Below, piece by piece: positions 13,985 through 26,045 of a stretch of 64,000 bases of DNA. Every line of letters starts with the position of its first letter. The stretch's first letter is position 1. The DNA lies in the NCBI GenBank assembly GCA_951406725.2, contig OX597823.1, positions 75,268,001 to 75,332,000 on the forward strand. Direction: 5' to 3'. The notes under the pieces were generated by a model. The model saw nothing but the letters and a program-made list of their open reading frames with translations. It made no database searches and was not told the DNA's origin. The position numbers and the translations under genes are program-made. The DNA is from Octopus vulgaris. Its lineage: Eukaryota.

Positions 13985-15714
13985 AGTTACTGATTGACTT
14001 TTATGGGTAAATTGTTGAAGCTGGTTACGAATCTGAAGTCTGATTTCCTCTATTAGGTCACCTTTGTATGTGAATGATACCAGCTGTTTGACATTATAGG
14101 ATATGTAAAGTATACTATATAAAGTATATTGAATACAAGATACGAAAATTTCATGGATTTTTATTGTACGATATTGAAATCATTATTTACAAATACGTTA
14201 GTATAGCTCAAATGCATAACAACCTAAAATCTTTAGGATTTGGATTTTCAATGGTGCTTTGTCTCAGGTTCATCCCTGTATAACATCCACCAACAGTAGT
14301 CAGTTAACATTCCTGCATTCCAAAATCCTTTATATCCTTGTTCCATCGATGCCATATATTGATGAAAGCGTTCCCCTTGCTAATCTTGCTCATTAGACAC
14401 TGCTTCAAGATTCTCTGCAGAAACGTCCAGATATGAATCAATGAAATGAACTTTTAGTGACATCCGACAGACAATTTCAACGTAGGAGTCTAGAAGACAT
14501 TTCACACCCTTTCTAAACTCTAGAGATCTCTTGTGTAGGAAATTTTCACAGGGCCATATGAAGGATTCCCAGGTTTTAAGCTCAATCTCATCAAGTTCTG
14601 GCTGTGAGGAAGTGGTTGTTCTTCAGGAGTTCTTTTTATCTGCGGATCTATGAATACGCGCTCCTTCAGTATTGCCTTGGTGATTTTTGGAAATTTGTCC
14701 TTCACATATTCAAAAACTCTTGAGCTTTTTCCTGGCAGGTGTTTTTACGAATTTTTCCATGAGGCCAAGCTTTATGTGAAGAGGGAGAAGAAGATTTTCT
14801 GGGTTTAAAAGTGGCTTACACTGGACGCTAGAACTCCCGGCTCATGATTTTCGCAAAGGCCAATCTGATTGCACATAATGCCTGTTAGTTGCACGACTGT
14901 CCCATAGGCATAAAAAGCAACAATATTTCGTGAACCCAGATTGCATTCCCATCAACATTCCAATCAGCTTCAAGTCTCTACATATTTTCCAGCTGTAGTT
15001 TGTATACTTTATGGCATTGAGGAGTACTTGCATGTTTTCATAACACTCCTTCATGTGCACTGAATGTCCTAAGGGAATGGATGGTTTCTTATTGTCATTG
15101 TGCAGTAGTACTGCCTTGAGGCTTCTCTTAGAGGAATCAATGATCCATTGGCTATCTCCATATCATAGGTATTGCAAACAGCATTGTTCTCTTCCTATCA
15201 TTTAGCCAATCCCTTAGTCCATTTGAACAAGCTGAGCAGATGATGTGCGGGGCCAAACTCTTATTTTGATCCCCGAGAGAGCAGCCAAAGTGTAACTTGT
15301 AGATCTTGATTTCACATGTGATGGCACGTTGCTGAGTTTCGGTGGTAAATGAACTACAGACATGACAAAATATATCAGGAATGTTGTTGCAATGCCTTGG
15401 CATCTTGAGTAGGATATGATGATGATGATGATGATGACTTGGTAACTTAAACCGATAAAAATTGGTAGTTGACCACTGTTATCTTACATGCCTGTATGAA
15501 TATGTTTGCTATATAGTGCCCAATAAACTTGTGGATTTGCAAATAAATGCAAACAATAGGTTAGCTCTTCAGATCACCCGACCATAATGATTACGCAAAT
15601 CCTTAAACTCGCATGCATGATTAATATACTAAAGTTATTATTACATAATGAGGATTCCGAAACGACCCTGGGAAAATGAATATATATATATCTTTCATGC
15701 CTACTGATATAGTG
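13985..15714 (-). mobile_element. Chapaev3-type (CMC superfamily) DNA transposon, degenerate and internally deleted
   Basis: Transposase fragments on the minus strand, with a CACT-type start at 15714. The subterminal motif GCTG.TTACGAATCTGAA near 14020 resembles this family (from memory). The left boundary is approximate. Confidence 0.75.
14230..15403 (-). pseudogene. Chapaev3-like transposase pseudogene
   Basis: Motifs include MPRHC..PDIFCHVC...GDQNKSLAPHIIC...FAIPMIWR, IDSSKRSLKAVLLHN, GMQSGFTKYCCFLCLWDSRA, LHIKLGLM, KFPKITKAILKERVF and MSLKVHF. Many stops and frameshifts. Confidence 0.85.
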
Positions 15715-15825
15715 AGAGAGACAGAAGTAGGAAATTACGAGATTCTTTACTGATTACTAAAATGAACGCAGAGCCTGAACGTGCTTTACCGGTAAACCAA
15801 CAGGGGTATACAATTTATTAGCATA

Positions 15826-15871
<46 letters not shown>

Positions 15872-17092
15872 GATAGATAGATAGATATATCGATATATAG
15901 ATAAAAACTGCGTGTGTATAAGTATGCATGTAGTGTTAAATGCTAAGTATAATATATAGAGAAACTATGAGGACAATATGTAATAAATATGAACTTAGAT
16001 TAACATGTTCACTACAAGAAAAATAGTTTCAGAATTTCAGCCTTTGCAACTTCATCAGAATAAATAGTAGAAATAGTTGGGTATAAAGTAGAATAATCCA
16101 TTAAGTTGTGGGAAAGATTCCCGTATGCTCCGTAGCCGTAACGGGGAATTAAGAAGGGAATAATAGGCTTGAATATTTACGTAAATATAGAATATAGCCG
16201 TAGCATGAAAGGGTGATACGTAGGCTTTTTGTGGATGCGTTAATATTTTAGAAATGTGCAAATCCTTAGAGTTGTAATGTAGACTGGGAGGATTTTGTCT
16301 GTGCAGATGGCACATGTTTAAAGAAAACCTGAATGTAACGCGGCGAGAGGAGGCGCAAGTGTGAGTCAAATGGAACGGCAAGATAAATATGTAGTGTTTT
16401 ATGTTTTACGTGTATAAGGGTAAACGTTTAAGAGGATTTTCAAGAGAGGAACATTTGAATTAAATAAGGAAAACAAGGTTACAAAAAGTTTGAATTTGTA
16501 AGAAAAAAATGTAAAGAAAATTTACAGAAAATTTATAAATCACTTCAAAATTTTCTGAAGGATTTACAAGAAGTTTTAAAATTATTGTGAGATACTTGCT
16601 AAAGTATTAAAACACAAATCGAAGATGGGTCTGTTGAAAAGCTGAAGCTTATTTGAGGTGTGATAGATATGTGCGCAAATATACTAAGCGAGAAAAAGAA
16701 ATTTTAGTAATTTAGGGAAAAAAGTGAAAAACGTTTAAAACTATTAACAAGACACAAAACTGGTACAAAATCATAAAAGATTTTGTTAGATTTACTTACA
16801 CGTCTTTATGTATGTAACTGATTATGTATATATGCGTATGTAAATGGGTATACGAGTATATATCTGAGCAACTGTACTAAATCTAATAAATTGATGAGAC
16901 TTGTGCGCTAAGTAACAGTAGGTATTGCTGAGAGGGTGGTGCAGTTTCTTGTTCTTAAATCCGTGATAAATATAATAGTCACGGTATTATTCTAATTTGT
17001 TTTAAGTTACGTATATTACATGTTTCCTAGCCTGCAGTAAATGTTCTGCTTAGGGATTTCTGCAATAAACATATATACATGTGTATATATAC

Positions 17093-17151
<59 letters not shown>

Positions 17152-18350
17152 CACACACACAGACACACAGACACACACACACATATGTATACATATGCGT
17201 ATGTGTGAGTGTTTGTGTTTGTGTGTATATATATATATTTATATACACACACATACAGACAGACATGTATATATATATATATATATATATGTAAGTATAT
17301 ACACATATATACATACATGTATACATATATATATATACAGGTATACAATCACATATACGCACACACACACACCTTTATGTATAAATATAAAGTCTGAATA
17401 GCAGTAATTGATGATGCAAAAATAAAAATATACCAGTAGACATGGAACTAATTTTATTTACTTTCAACTTAATATTATCTCTTATATTTAATTTGAGTTA
17501 TGTTTTTGCACATCAATTTAGAGCCTTTCCGTTCTATGTCTAATCACATCTTTAAAACATCTCACTTAATTCCTTTCTGTTTTTCTCATTTTATTTGCGT
17601 TTTTCTCCTTTATCACCAGTTTCTTGTCTTTATTTTCCCTCCTACTGAAGTGAAATAATCTGAGAAAATGTTTATCACATAACAAGTGCTTTTACCTGCA
17701 AGGCATTAAATGGCAAATCTATTCTCCACTTTTCAACGTTTGGCACGTACAACTCATCTCAATTTTCATTCTAGTTCTGGATTTCTATGTATTAAAATGG
17801 CTTGAGGGCAAGTGGCTTAGGGCTGCGTCAATAAGGAGAAAAGCACGTTGATTATTGGATCAATCACCAGCATTTAACTCATAAAAAATTATTATAGAAA
17901 TTCGTGCAATGTAGTAATGATTTAGAGCCTGAAAATATATATTTTTTCATTTGCATATATATTTGTATGAATTATCATATTTCTCTGTGCGATAATATAC
18001 ATTAGATATCTTCAGCGATTCTGGGTTATGAAATGAGTGAGTTTGGGGGTAAGAAAGTGATTTAATGCTATATTGGTAAGTAAAAAAATGATACAACGAA
18101 ACGATAATATACGCATTCATTTATGAGCGATATTATAAGTTTGAGTTTAAACACGTAGTTTGATATCGCTTTTGCAGTCTTAGTAAAATTTACTTGTATT
18201 TAATTAAGAACAAGTATAGGAGAAATAACTAACATATGCACGAATTTAGGTTGCTGAATTGCAGCGTAAGACAAGCATACTTTTGATATATCCGCAATGG
18301 GATATGTACAATGTGACATACACACACGCACGCACAAACACACTCAAACA

Positions 18351-18391
<41 letters not shown>

Positions 18392-18479
18392 TTCAATACA
18401 AGTCAAGAAAGTGACTCAAGTCACATATATATCTCTGTGTGTGTGTGTGTGTGCATGTGTATGTGTGCTGGTCGCTTAG

Positions 18480-18582
18480 CCAGCGGGGTGGCGTCATTTG
18501 AAGGCTAAAACAATGCGAAGCGCATTGTGACCACGGATGTGTAACGACATCTGATAGTCTAGTCGGTCACTTGATCACGTGA
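18480..18582 (+). mobile_element. Probable SINE 3' fragment
   Basis: GGGGTGGCGTCATTTGAAGGCTAAAACAATGCGAAGCGCATTGTGACC... resembles a recurrent octopus SINE tail (recognition from memory only). Confidence 0.45.
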
Positions 18583-18690
18583 TATATATATATATCCGGC
18601 TCGTTCCCCTACTCCCGCCCACGTTGCCGCACTTGCCCTTACCTCTCCAACACCACCCGCCTCACTAGCACCCACCATCGACCCTATCCC

Positions 18691-19000
18691 ATCATCCACT
18701 CATTCACCTGCACCTCCAGCAATATTATCTATTGCATCTCTTGCTCTCTCTGCAATTCCTTGTACATCGGACAAACGGGACGCCGCTTGGCTGACCGGTT
18801 CGCGGAACACCTTCGTGACATCCACCTTGCGAACGACACACCGGTCTCACGCCATTTCCGCTCCACCGGTCACTCCTTGCAACACCTATCTGTGTTCGGT
18901 TTGTCCTTACACAGAGGCCATCCGGATTCCCGTTTGCGCCGTGAACAAGAATTAATCTTCTCTCTTCGCTCTTATACGCCATTTGGTCTCAACTCTCCCC
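18691..19000 (+). pseudogene. PLE GIY-YIG endonuclease domain fragment
   Basis: FTCTSSNIIYCISCSLCNSLYIGQTGRRLADRFAEH...VSRHF..TGH...RLRREQELIFSL...PFGLN shows the PLE GIY-YIG pattern with CxxC and His residues. Confidence 0.92.
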
Positions 19001-19598
19001 CTCCTCATCTAACCCCCTCTCCCCCCCTCCTCACCTATCCTTCCCCCCGATCCCTACTTCCTCAGTCCTTCATCCTTTCACCCCTACTCCCCTTCCCTTC
19101 TTCCCTCTTTCTCTCTCCCTCCTTCCCTCTTCCCCTTCCCTCTGCTCCCTCACTCCCCTTCTCTCTCCCCCTCTCCATATTTCCTCCTTCCTCCCCCATC
19201 CTCCCCTTCCTTATCCCATCCTCTCTCTCCCCCCTCCTCTCATCTTCCCCCCTCTCCTCCCCCTCTTCTTCCCCCCTTCTCTCCCCTCTCTTCTCCTTCT
19301 CCCCCTCTTCTCCTCACTACACCACACGACTTTACACATCACATCATATATGATGTGCCATACTAATACATACACCAACTAATACATACTAATACGTACT
19401 AATACATACTAATACATACACCAACCCTATACATACACACGTCCAGACCCCTCATACGCACTTATACTCTCTCATACACACACACACACATACACTTATA
19501 CATACTAATACGTACTAATACATACTAATACATACTAATACATACACCAACCCCATACATACGCACGTCCAGACCATTCCTACGCACTAATACTCTCT

Positions 19599-19633
<35 letters not shown>

Positions 19634-19708
19634 ATACATACTAATACATACACCAACCCTATACATACACACGTCCAGACCCCTCCTACGCACTATTAGC
19701 TGGTCCTT

Positions 19709-19792
19709 CAACCCTATTATCAACCCTATTATCAACCCTATTATCAACCCTATTATCAACCCTATTATCAACCCTATTATCAACCCTATTAT
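19709..19792. repeat. Perfect 12-bp minisatellite (CAACCCTATTAT)x7
   Basis: Seven exact units counted. Preceded by 10-bp TACATACTAA repeats and longer degenerate duplications at 19360-19700. Confidence 0.95.
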
Positions 19793-19925
19793 CTCCCCTT
19801 ATTTCGCTCTCACGTCTCATGTTTGATCTTTGACCTCTGGCCGAAATCAGATCGTCATGTTGATTCGTTAGCTACTGCACGCATTTTTTTCTCTCCTTCT
19901 TTCTCTGTTTTTTTCTCTCTGTGTA

Positions 19926-19963
19926 TCTTTCTGTTGAAGAGCGTAGGCTCGAAACGTTAAAGA
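19926..19963 (+). ncRNA. Minimal type-I hammerhead ribozyme motif (variant core CUGUUGA)
   Basis: TCTTT-CTGTTGA-A-GAGC-GTAG-GCTC-GAAACGTT-AAAGA: stem I TCTTT/AAAGA, stem II GAGC/GCTC, palindromic AACGTT for stem III. Located in the PLE terminal region, where minimal hammerheads are known. Confidence 0.72.
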
Positions 19964-20060
19964 CTTGTTTTATTTATATTTCCTGAGCGCCATACTAATA
20001 CAATTGTTCGTTTGTTTTCCACCTGCCTTCGTCTTTTGTCTATTTTCATAAAGCTTCCCG

Positions 20061-20108
<48 letters not shown>

Positions 20109-20139
20109 ATGTGTGTCTGTACGTGTGTGTGGGGGGCGT

Positions 20140-20325
20140 GTTTGTATGTCTGTGTTTGTCCTCGGATGCTGGTGTGTTTATGATCCCGCAACTTAGCGGT
20201 TGGGCAAAAGACAACCGATAGAATAGATACTAAGGTTACGAAGAATAAGTCCTGGGTTCGATTTGCTCGACTAAAGACCGCAGTCAAATGACTGAAACAA
20301 GTAAAAGAGTAAAAGATTAAGAGAA
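20140..20325 (+). mobile_element. 3' half of an OR/CORE-type SINE
   Basis: GATGCTGGTGTGTTTA...CTTAGCGGTT.GGCAAAAG...CCGATAGAATA...CAGTCAAATGACTGAAACAAGTAAAAGAG, as in 36430-36600. Confidence 0.85.
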
Positions 20326-21247
20326 TATATATATGAGCGAAATACATATTAATATAATGTAAATATTTATTCTATTAGGCAATGCAGGATGAGTGTCTCA
20401 TAGTAAATAAATATATAAGTTTTCAAGTTGGAGCATTTAAAAGTGTGATTGCATTAGTATTGTGCAACAAAATTGTATTATCATGTATTGGTATTCAAGT
20501 TGTTAATTTCGAATTAATTATATTTCAAGTCAATTGAGGAAACAAAATATTTTAATTTCATATTGGCATGTCATTCCTTTAATTTCTTTCATTATTCCTT
20601 CACATTCCTTCTGGAAACCAGTGTGTGTGTGTGTTTGTGTGTATCTGGGTGTTTGTGAGTGTGTGTGTATTTGTGTTTGTGTGTGTGTGTGTGTTTGTGT
20701 CTGTGTGTGAATATATGTTTTCATGTTCTTATTATGTGTAGTGGGCGAACAAGTTTGATTGTGTGGGTGTTTTGGTATAAAAGGTGCATTCATATTGTTT
20801 AAAAGACACAATAAGACATAGGTCCACACCAATAGATGTGTACGTGAGTTCACATACGTATACGTGTGACTACTTGAGTGTCATAACATGAAAAGAAACA
20901 GAATTATTAATGGGACAATATTTCTTAAAGAACGTCCTTAGGAAGGCGAATGACACACTCCATGGTGCTCTGAGCACTATTTTTAAGAAGTTGTGTGAGC
21001 ACAAAGATATATGCAGTCTGAAACATACAAAGATACACTGCTGTGCATGTGTGTATGCGTGATTACGTATCTGTTTGTTTCTCTCTGTGTGTGTATGTGT
21101 GCATGTGTTTGTGCGTGTGCATTGTATAGACTATCAAAATATTCAGACTCCCGATGATCAACAGAATGCGAGGCTCTATTTACCAGTTAATGATCGGAAA
21201 ACCGTACGGGAGAGCGGAGATTTTCAATCATAGCGATCATATTTATA

Positions 21248-21319
21248 TGAAATGATAGAGAAGGTGAATGGAATTCATATATATATATATGAATTCCATT
21301 CACCTTCTCTATCATTTCA
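21248..21319. repeat. Perfect 72-bp palindrome centred on (AT)7
   Basis: TGAAATGATAGAGAAGGTGAATGGAATTC-(AT)7-GAATTCCATTCACCTTCTCTATCATTTCA. Confidence 0.97.
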
Positions 21320-21777
21320 CTTTCGCTGTTTACAGCACTGCTTAGAAGGAAGGTGTGTAGCGTGTGATCCTGACTACTATAATTACCGCTGCATTCACCA
21401 CAAGTGCTGAAATCTCAGTCAATCTTCCACCATCGTCCAGAATGTCATCACTAGGGCACTCACAACACAAGTATTTGGTAGAACGGGGTCACTGGACATT
21501 TGCCTATCCTTCAATGGCAAGGGCTATATTATCACAGATTCGTTTCACTGTATTCCTCTGAAGATAGGTATTTGCACCCAATTTAAAATTTTTTTAAAAA
21601 ATCATTCTGCATTATTAGTAGATTACATTATTTCTTATTTCATTTATTACTCTGCCTCTTCATTACAATGCTTTCAGTGAATTTTTGCTTTAAGTCCACT
21701 TTTGACTAACTTTTTTTCTCTCTCTCACTCTCTCTCTTTCTCTGTATACAAACATAGACACACACACACATATACTT

Positions 21778-21982
21778 TTCTACTGTAGGCACAAGGACCC
21801 AAATTTTAGGGATGGTGCTAGTCAATTAGATCGAGCCCAGGACGCAACTGGAACTTAATTTATCGACCCCGAAAGAAGGAAAAGCAAAGTCGACCTCGGC
21901 GGAATTTGAATTCAGCGTAAACACAGACAAAATACCGCTGAACATGTCATTCGGCGTGCTAACGTTTCTGCCAGGTCGCCGT
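21778..21982 (-). mobile_element. tRNA-derived SINE (Nin/Deu-domain-like), near full length
   Basis: Minus strand reads GGCGACCTGGCAGAAACGTTAGC (A box), GAATTCAAATTCC (B box), GAGGTCGACTTTGCTTTTCCTTCTTTCGGGGTCGATAAATTAAG, then a tail CCTTGTGCC. Confidence 0.88.
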
Positions 21983-22006
21983 CGTACACACACTCGTATC
22001 AATATA

Positions 22007-22504
<498 letters not shown>

Positions 22505-22505
22505 A

Positions 22506-23083
22506 ACAAGAAATCCCCAAATATGCCGCTATTCACTGCGCCAGAGACTCTGCACAAATAGTGACTGCATCTTCACGCATCTACCCGGCACTAGACGCAC
22601 TACTGGCCAAGGCCAAAGCACGCACCCACAATAACATCAACACCACCAAATAGTAAATCGAAATTCAAAACACACACAACTCGGAGTCCCAAAATCTGCC
22701 GGTATTCCCAACGTGAGAGAACATGTCTACTGAGTGACTGTCCCTTCACTCATCTTCCAGGGACCCGACGCACAAACAGAAACGGGGCCTCAAGCCAACA
22801 CACAAACCTGAATAACAATAAAAATAGAAACACACCATGCTGCAGTAATGCTGGTCCAGTCTTTTCAGGAAGACACAAAAACAACAACAACAAAAGTGGA
22901 AACTACAACCCTATCCAACAGTGCAACCACACCTCCAGCCAAAAACTGCTCCCTAAGCAGGAAAATTCTTTTTTAGCCATGTTGAACATGGCAAAAGAGA
23001 TACACAAAAACATTCTAGCCATCACTCAACACCATCCTATGCTATTACCCCAGTGCACCAATTCCCCACATTGCTGCCACTAA
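22506..23083 (+). pseudogene. LINE ORF1 C-terminal part with two CX8CX4CX3H zinc fingers
   Basis: Manual translation gives [25 protein letters not shown] (from 22524) and [25 protein letters not shown] (from 22697). The second frame is open to TAA at 23081-23083. One frameshift lies between the fingers. Confidence 0.8.
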
Positions 23084-25945
23084 CACACACAAAAAATCCA
23101 AGCCCCCTGCAACAGTCAAAACCAGCCACTACACTAACCTCCACATTCCTACTCAATGCACAAGGTGTCAGCCCTTCCATCAATACACAAAAATGGAAGG
23201 TCCAATTCATTGAAGACTGGGTTGGTAACCATTCACACCACATCCCTTTCTTCATTCTCACTGAGACCCACCTTGACAACTCCCACTTGGAAGCCGAAGT
23301 GAGAGTGAAGAATTTCACAACCATCCGCGCGGATCGTATCGGCAGGAGGAAGGGTGGAACTGCCATTTTCCTGCATGATTCATTTACGGCAGATGGAAAT
23401 AGTATATTCTCCAACGGCTACTGTGAATCAGTCACCGTGCACAACAAAGCCAATGATCTGACAGTAATTGGGCTCTATAGGCCGCCCCAAACACCCATAC
23501 TGTGCTTTAAAGAATGCCTCAACAGCATTAAGTGCTTTATTCAACAGTGCCATTCTAGCAACATACTCATGATGGGAGACTTCAATCTACCCTGTGTTGA
23601 CTGGACTACAAACTGTTTGAAACCAAGCACTCCGCCTCAACCGCTGACAAAGAAGCAGCAGAGTCACTTTTCGACTTTACGAATGAGTTTTTCTTGTCCC
23701 AACTTGTCCTTGCACCAACAAGACATCAGAACATTTTGGACCTAGTGTTTAGTAACCACACTAACACTATACATAACGTTACAGTGGAAAAAACCCTTCT
23801 TTCAGACCATGACATGGTTCTCTGTAACATGAAATTCCACCAGCCGAAAGCTAATCCTAGTGACCTTCCTCCAGCCCACCCATTTGACAACATGGATCTC
23901 CATAAAGCCAACTGGGATGCAATCAGGAACGAGCTATCAAATGTTGACTGGTCCTTTACACATACACACATCTCCACCAACCATAAAACATCTTGGCAGA
24001 TCTTTGTAGACACCGTCACAGACATATGTGCAAAACACTCCCCACCAAGACCTGTGAACAAAAAGTGCAGAATCCCCCAAAACAGAAAAACCATTATCAG
24101 AAAAATAAAAAGAACAAACAAAAAAATTAACAAACTAAAGTACTGCCAACAGCAACACACACATTCGACGGCTATCGCACTGCTTGAATCCAAAAAATAT
24201 AACCTCCAACAATGCATGAAGTCCCTCATCAATAACCAAAGATCAGCTGAGGAGAAGTGGGCCATTGAAAAAATCAAACTCAACCCCAAAGTGTTCTTTT
24301 CATTTGCGAGGAAACGCAGGGTCACTGTCTCCACTGTAGGCCCTCTAATTGACGAAACTGGCACTCTCCAAGATAATGCCAAATCCATGGCCGAGATACT
24401 GCAGAAACAATACTGCTCTGTTTTCAGCAATCCTGATATGGCCGATCTGGGCTGTATCAGTGATGTCAACCCCCAACACACTATATCGGACATAACGTTT
24501 AGTGCCCCTGATGTCTTAGCGGCGATAAACGAAATAAAACACAATTCAGCAGTAGGCCCCGATAGGTTCCCTGCTTGTGTCCTGAAGGTGTGTCGACACC
24601 AACTTGCATCTCCCCTTGCTAATCTGTGGAGAAACTCACTGGATGCTGGCTATATTCCAAAAAACCTTCTGTCCCAGTCTGTTGTCCCAGTTTTCAAAAG
24701 GGAAACAAGTCCCTTGCAGTGAATTACCGTCCGATCTCACTCACCTCTCATATCATCAAGGTATTTGAGAGGGTGGTGAGATCTCAAATAACCCAATTTC
24801 TGGAAAGCAACAGACGGCTGATCTCCAACCAACATGGGTTCCGTAATGGAAGGGACTGCCTAACGCAGCTCCTGCATCACTTTGAGGACATTTTGAGAGC
24901 TTTGGGAGAGGGCTCCAACACCGATGTCATCTACCTTGATTTCAGTAAGGCCTTCGACAGGGTCGATCACAAGATCCTATTGAAAAAACTATCCAACATT
25001 GGTGTCTCTGGAAAGTTACTGAAATGGATTAAGTGTTTCCTGACAGACAGATCTCAACATGTTGTAGTTGAAGGGGTAAAATCAAGCCCAGCCAAAGTCA
25101 GTAGTGGCGTTCCGCAAGGCACTGTGCTGGGCCCACTTCTTTTCATCATTTACATTAATGACATTAATGACATCATCAAGCACAGCAACATAAAAATCTT
25201 TGCAGATGACTCCAAGCTACAGAAGGTCATAAATGAGGCGAGTGACCGGACATGCCTTCAGTCAGATCTACTGGCTGTTATCCAATGGGCAGAAAAAAAC
25301 AATATGCTGCTGAACGAGGATAAATTTGAGCTAATCCACTTTGGAAAAGAGGATGGCCTGAAACTCCCATACTCCCTTCCTTCAGGTGAAACTCTCGCGG
25401 CGTCCAACAACATCAGAGACTTGGGAGTAATTGTGGACAACAACGTAAGCTGGGCCACTCATATAAACACCAAAGTTGACATGGCCCGCAGAATGTGTTC
25501 CTGGATTCTCAGAACTTTCCAGTCGAGAGATATCCACACCATTATCCTTCTCTTCTCCACTTTTGCCCGACCCCACCTTGAATACTGTTGTCCACTGTGG
25601 TCTCCCCACACAATACAAGGTATCAAAAAAGTCGAAGCACCTCAAAGGGCAATCACAAAAAAGATAGATGGCATGACAGGCCTCGACTATTGGGGTCGAC
25701 TAGAAAAGCTAAAACTCTATTCTCTCCAACGTCGTCGTGAGCGCTACATCATCTGCATGATGTGGAAAATATTCCATCAGCATTGCCCAAATGATGTTGG
25801 CATCACCTTTAAGGTACATCCAAGGCTTGGGCCCCGTGCCATCCGCCCAAAACAAAAATCGGACTCTCATCTCATAACAACAATACGGCACAATTATTTC
25901 ACCTCAATTGGCCCCGCTCTCTTTAACATTACACCAAAACACATT
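22957..25945 (+). pseudogene. LINE ORF2: AP endonuclease plus reverse transcriptase, split by two frameshifts (~23630-23700, ~24700)
   Basis: APE motifs LLNAQG, LTETHL, RADR..RKGGTAI, YRPP, GDFN, ILDLVF and SDH. RT motifs YRPISLTS, QHGFR, YLDFSKAFDRVDH, SGVPQGTVLGPLLF and FADD. Confidence 0.96.
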
Positions 25946-26045
25946 NNNNNNNNNNNNNNNNNNNNNNNNNNNNNNNNNNNNNNNNNNNNNNNNNNNNNNN
26001 NNNNNNNNNNNNNNNNNNNNNNNNNNNNNNNNNNNNNNNNNNNNN
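25946..26045. other. Assembly gap (100 N)
   Basis: Exactly 100 Ns, typical of a scaffolding spacer. LINE sequence lies on both sides, in opposite orientations. Confidence 0.99.

Larger units (their letters stand above)
18596..20061 (+). mobile_element. 5'-truncated Penelope-like element (GIY-YIG end plus terminal repeat region), inserted in (TA)n
   Basis: GIY-YIG coding remnant, pyrimidine-rich tract, internal minisatellites and a hammerhead motif. Flanked by (TA)n on both sides. Confidence 0.85.
22505..25945 (+). mobile_element. Young non-LTR retrotransposon (APE-RT LINE; probably Proto2/CR1-like group), 5'-truncated in ORF1, 3' end lost in the gap
   Basis: ORF1 remnant with two CCCH fingers, followed by a near-intact ORF2. 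The clade is inferred from the YSLQRRRERY and GPALFN motifs and was not tested phylogenetically. Confidence 0.93.

Noticed and set aside
19000-19353. Pro/Ser/Leu-rich extension of the GIY-YIG ORF
   Set aside because: Read-through into a C/T low-complexity tract that cannot contain stop codons; there is no evidence it is coding.
23726-24544. 272-aa antisense ORF within the LINE
   Set aside because: Shadow of the sense ORF2 codon bias, with no independent motifs.
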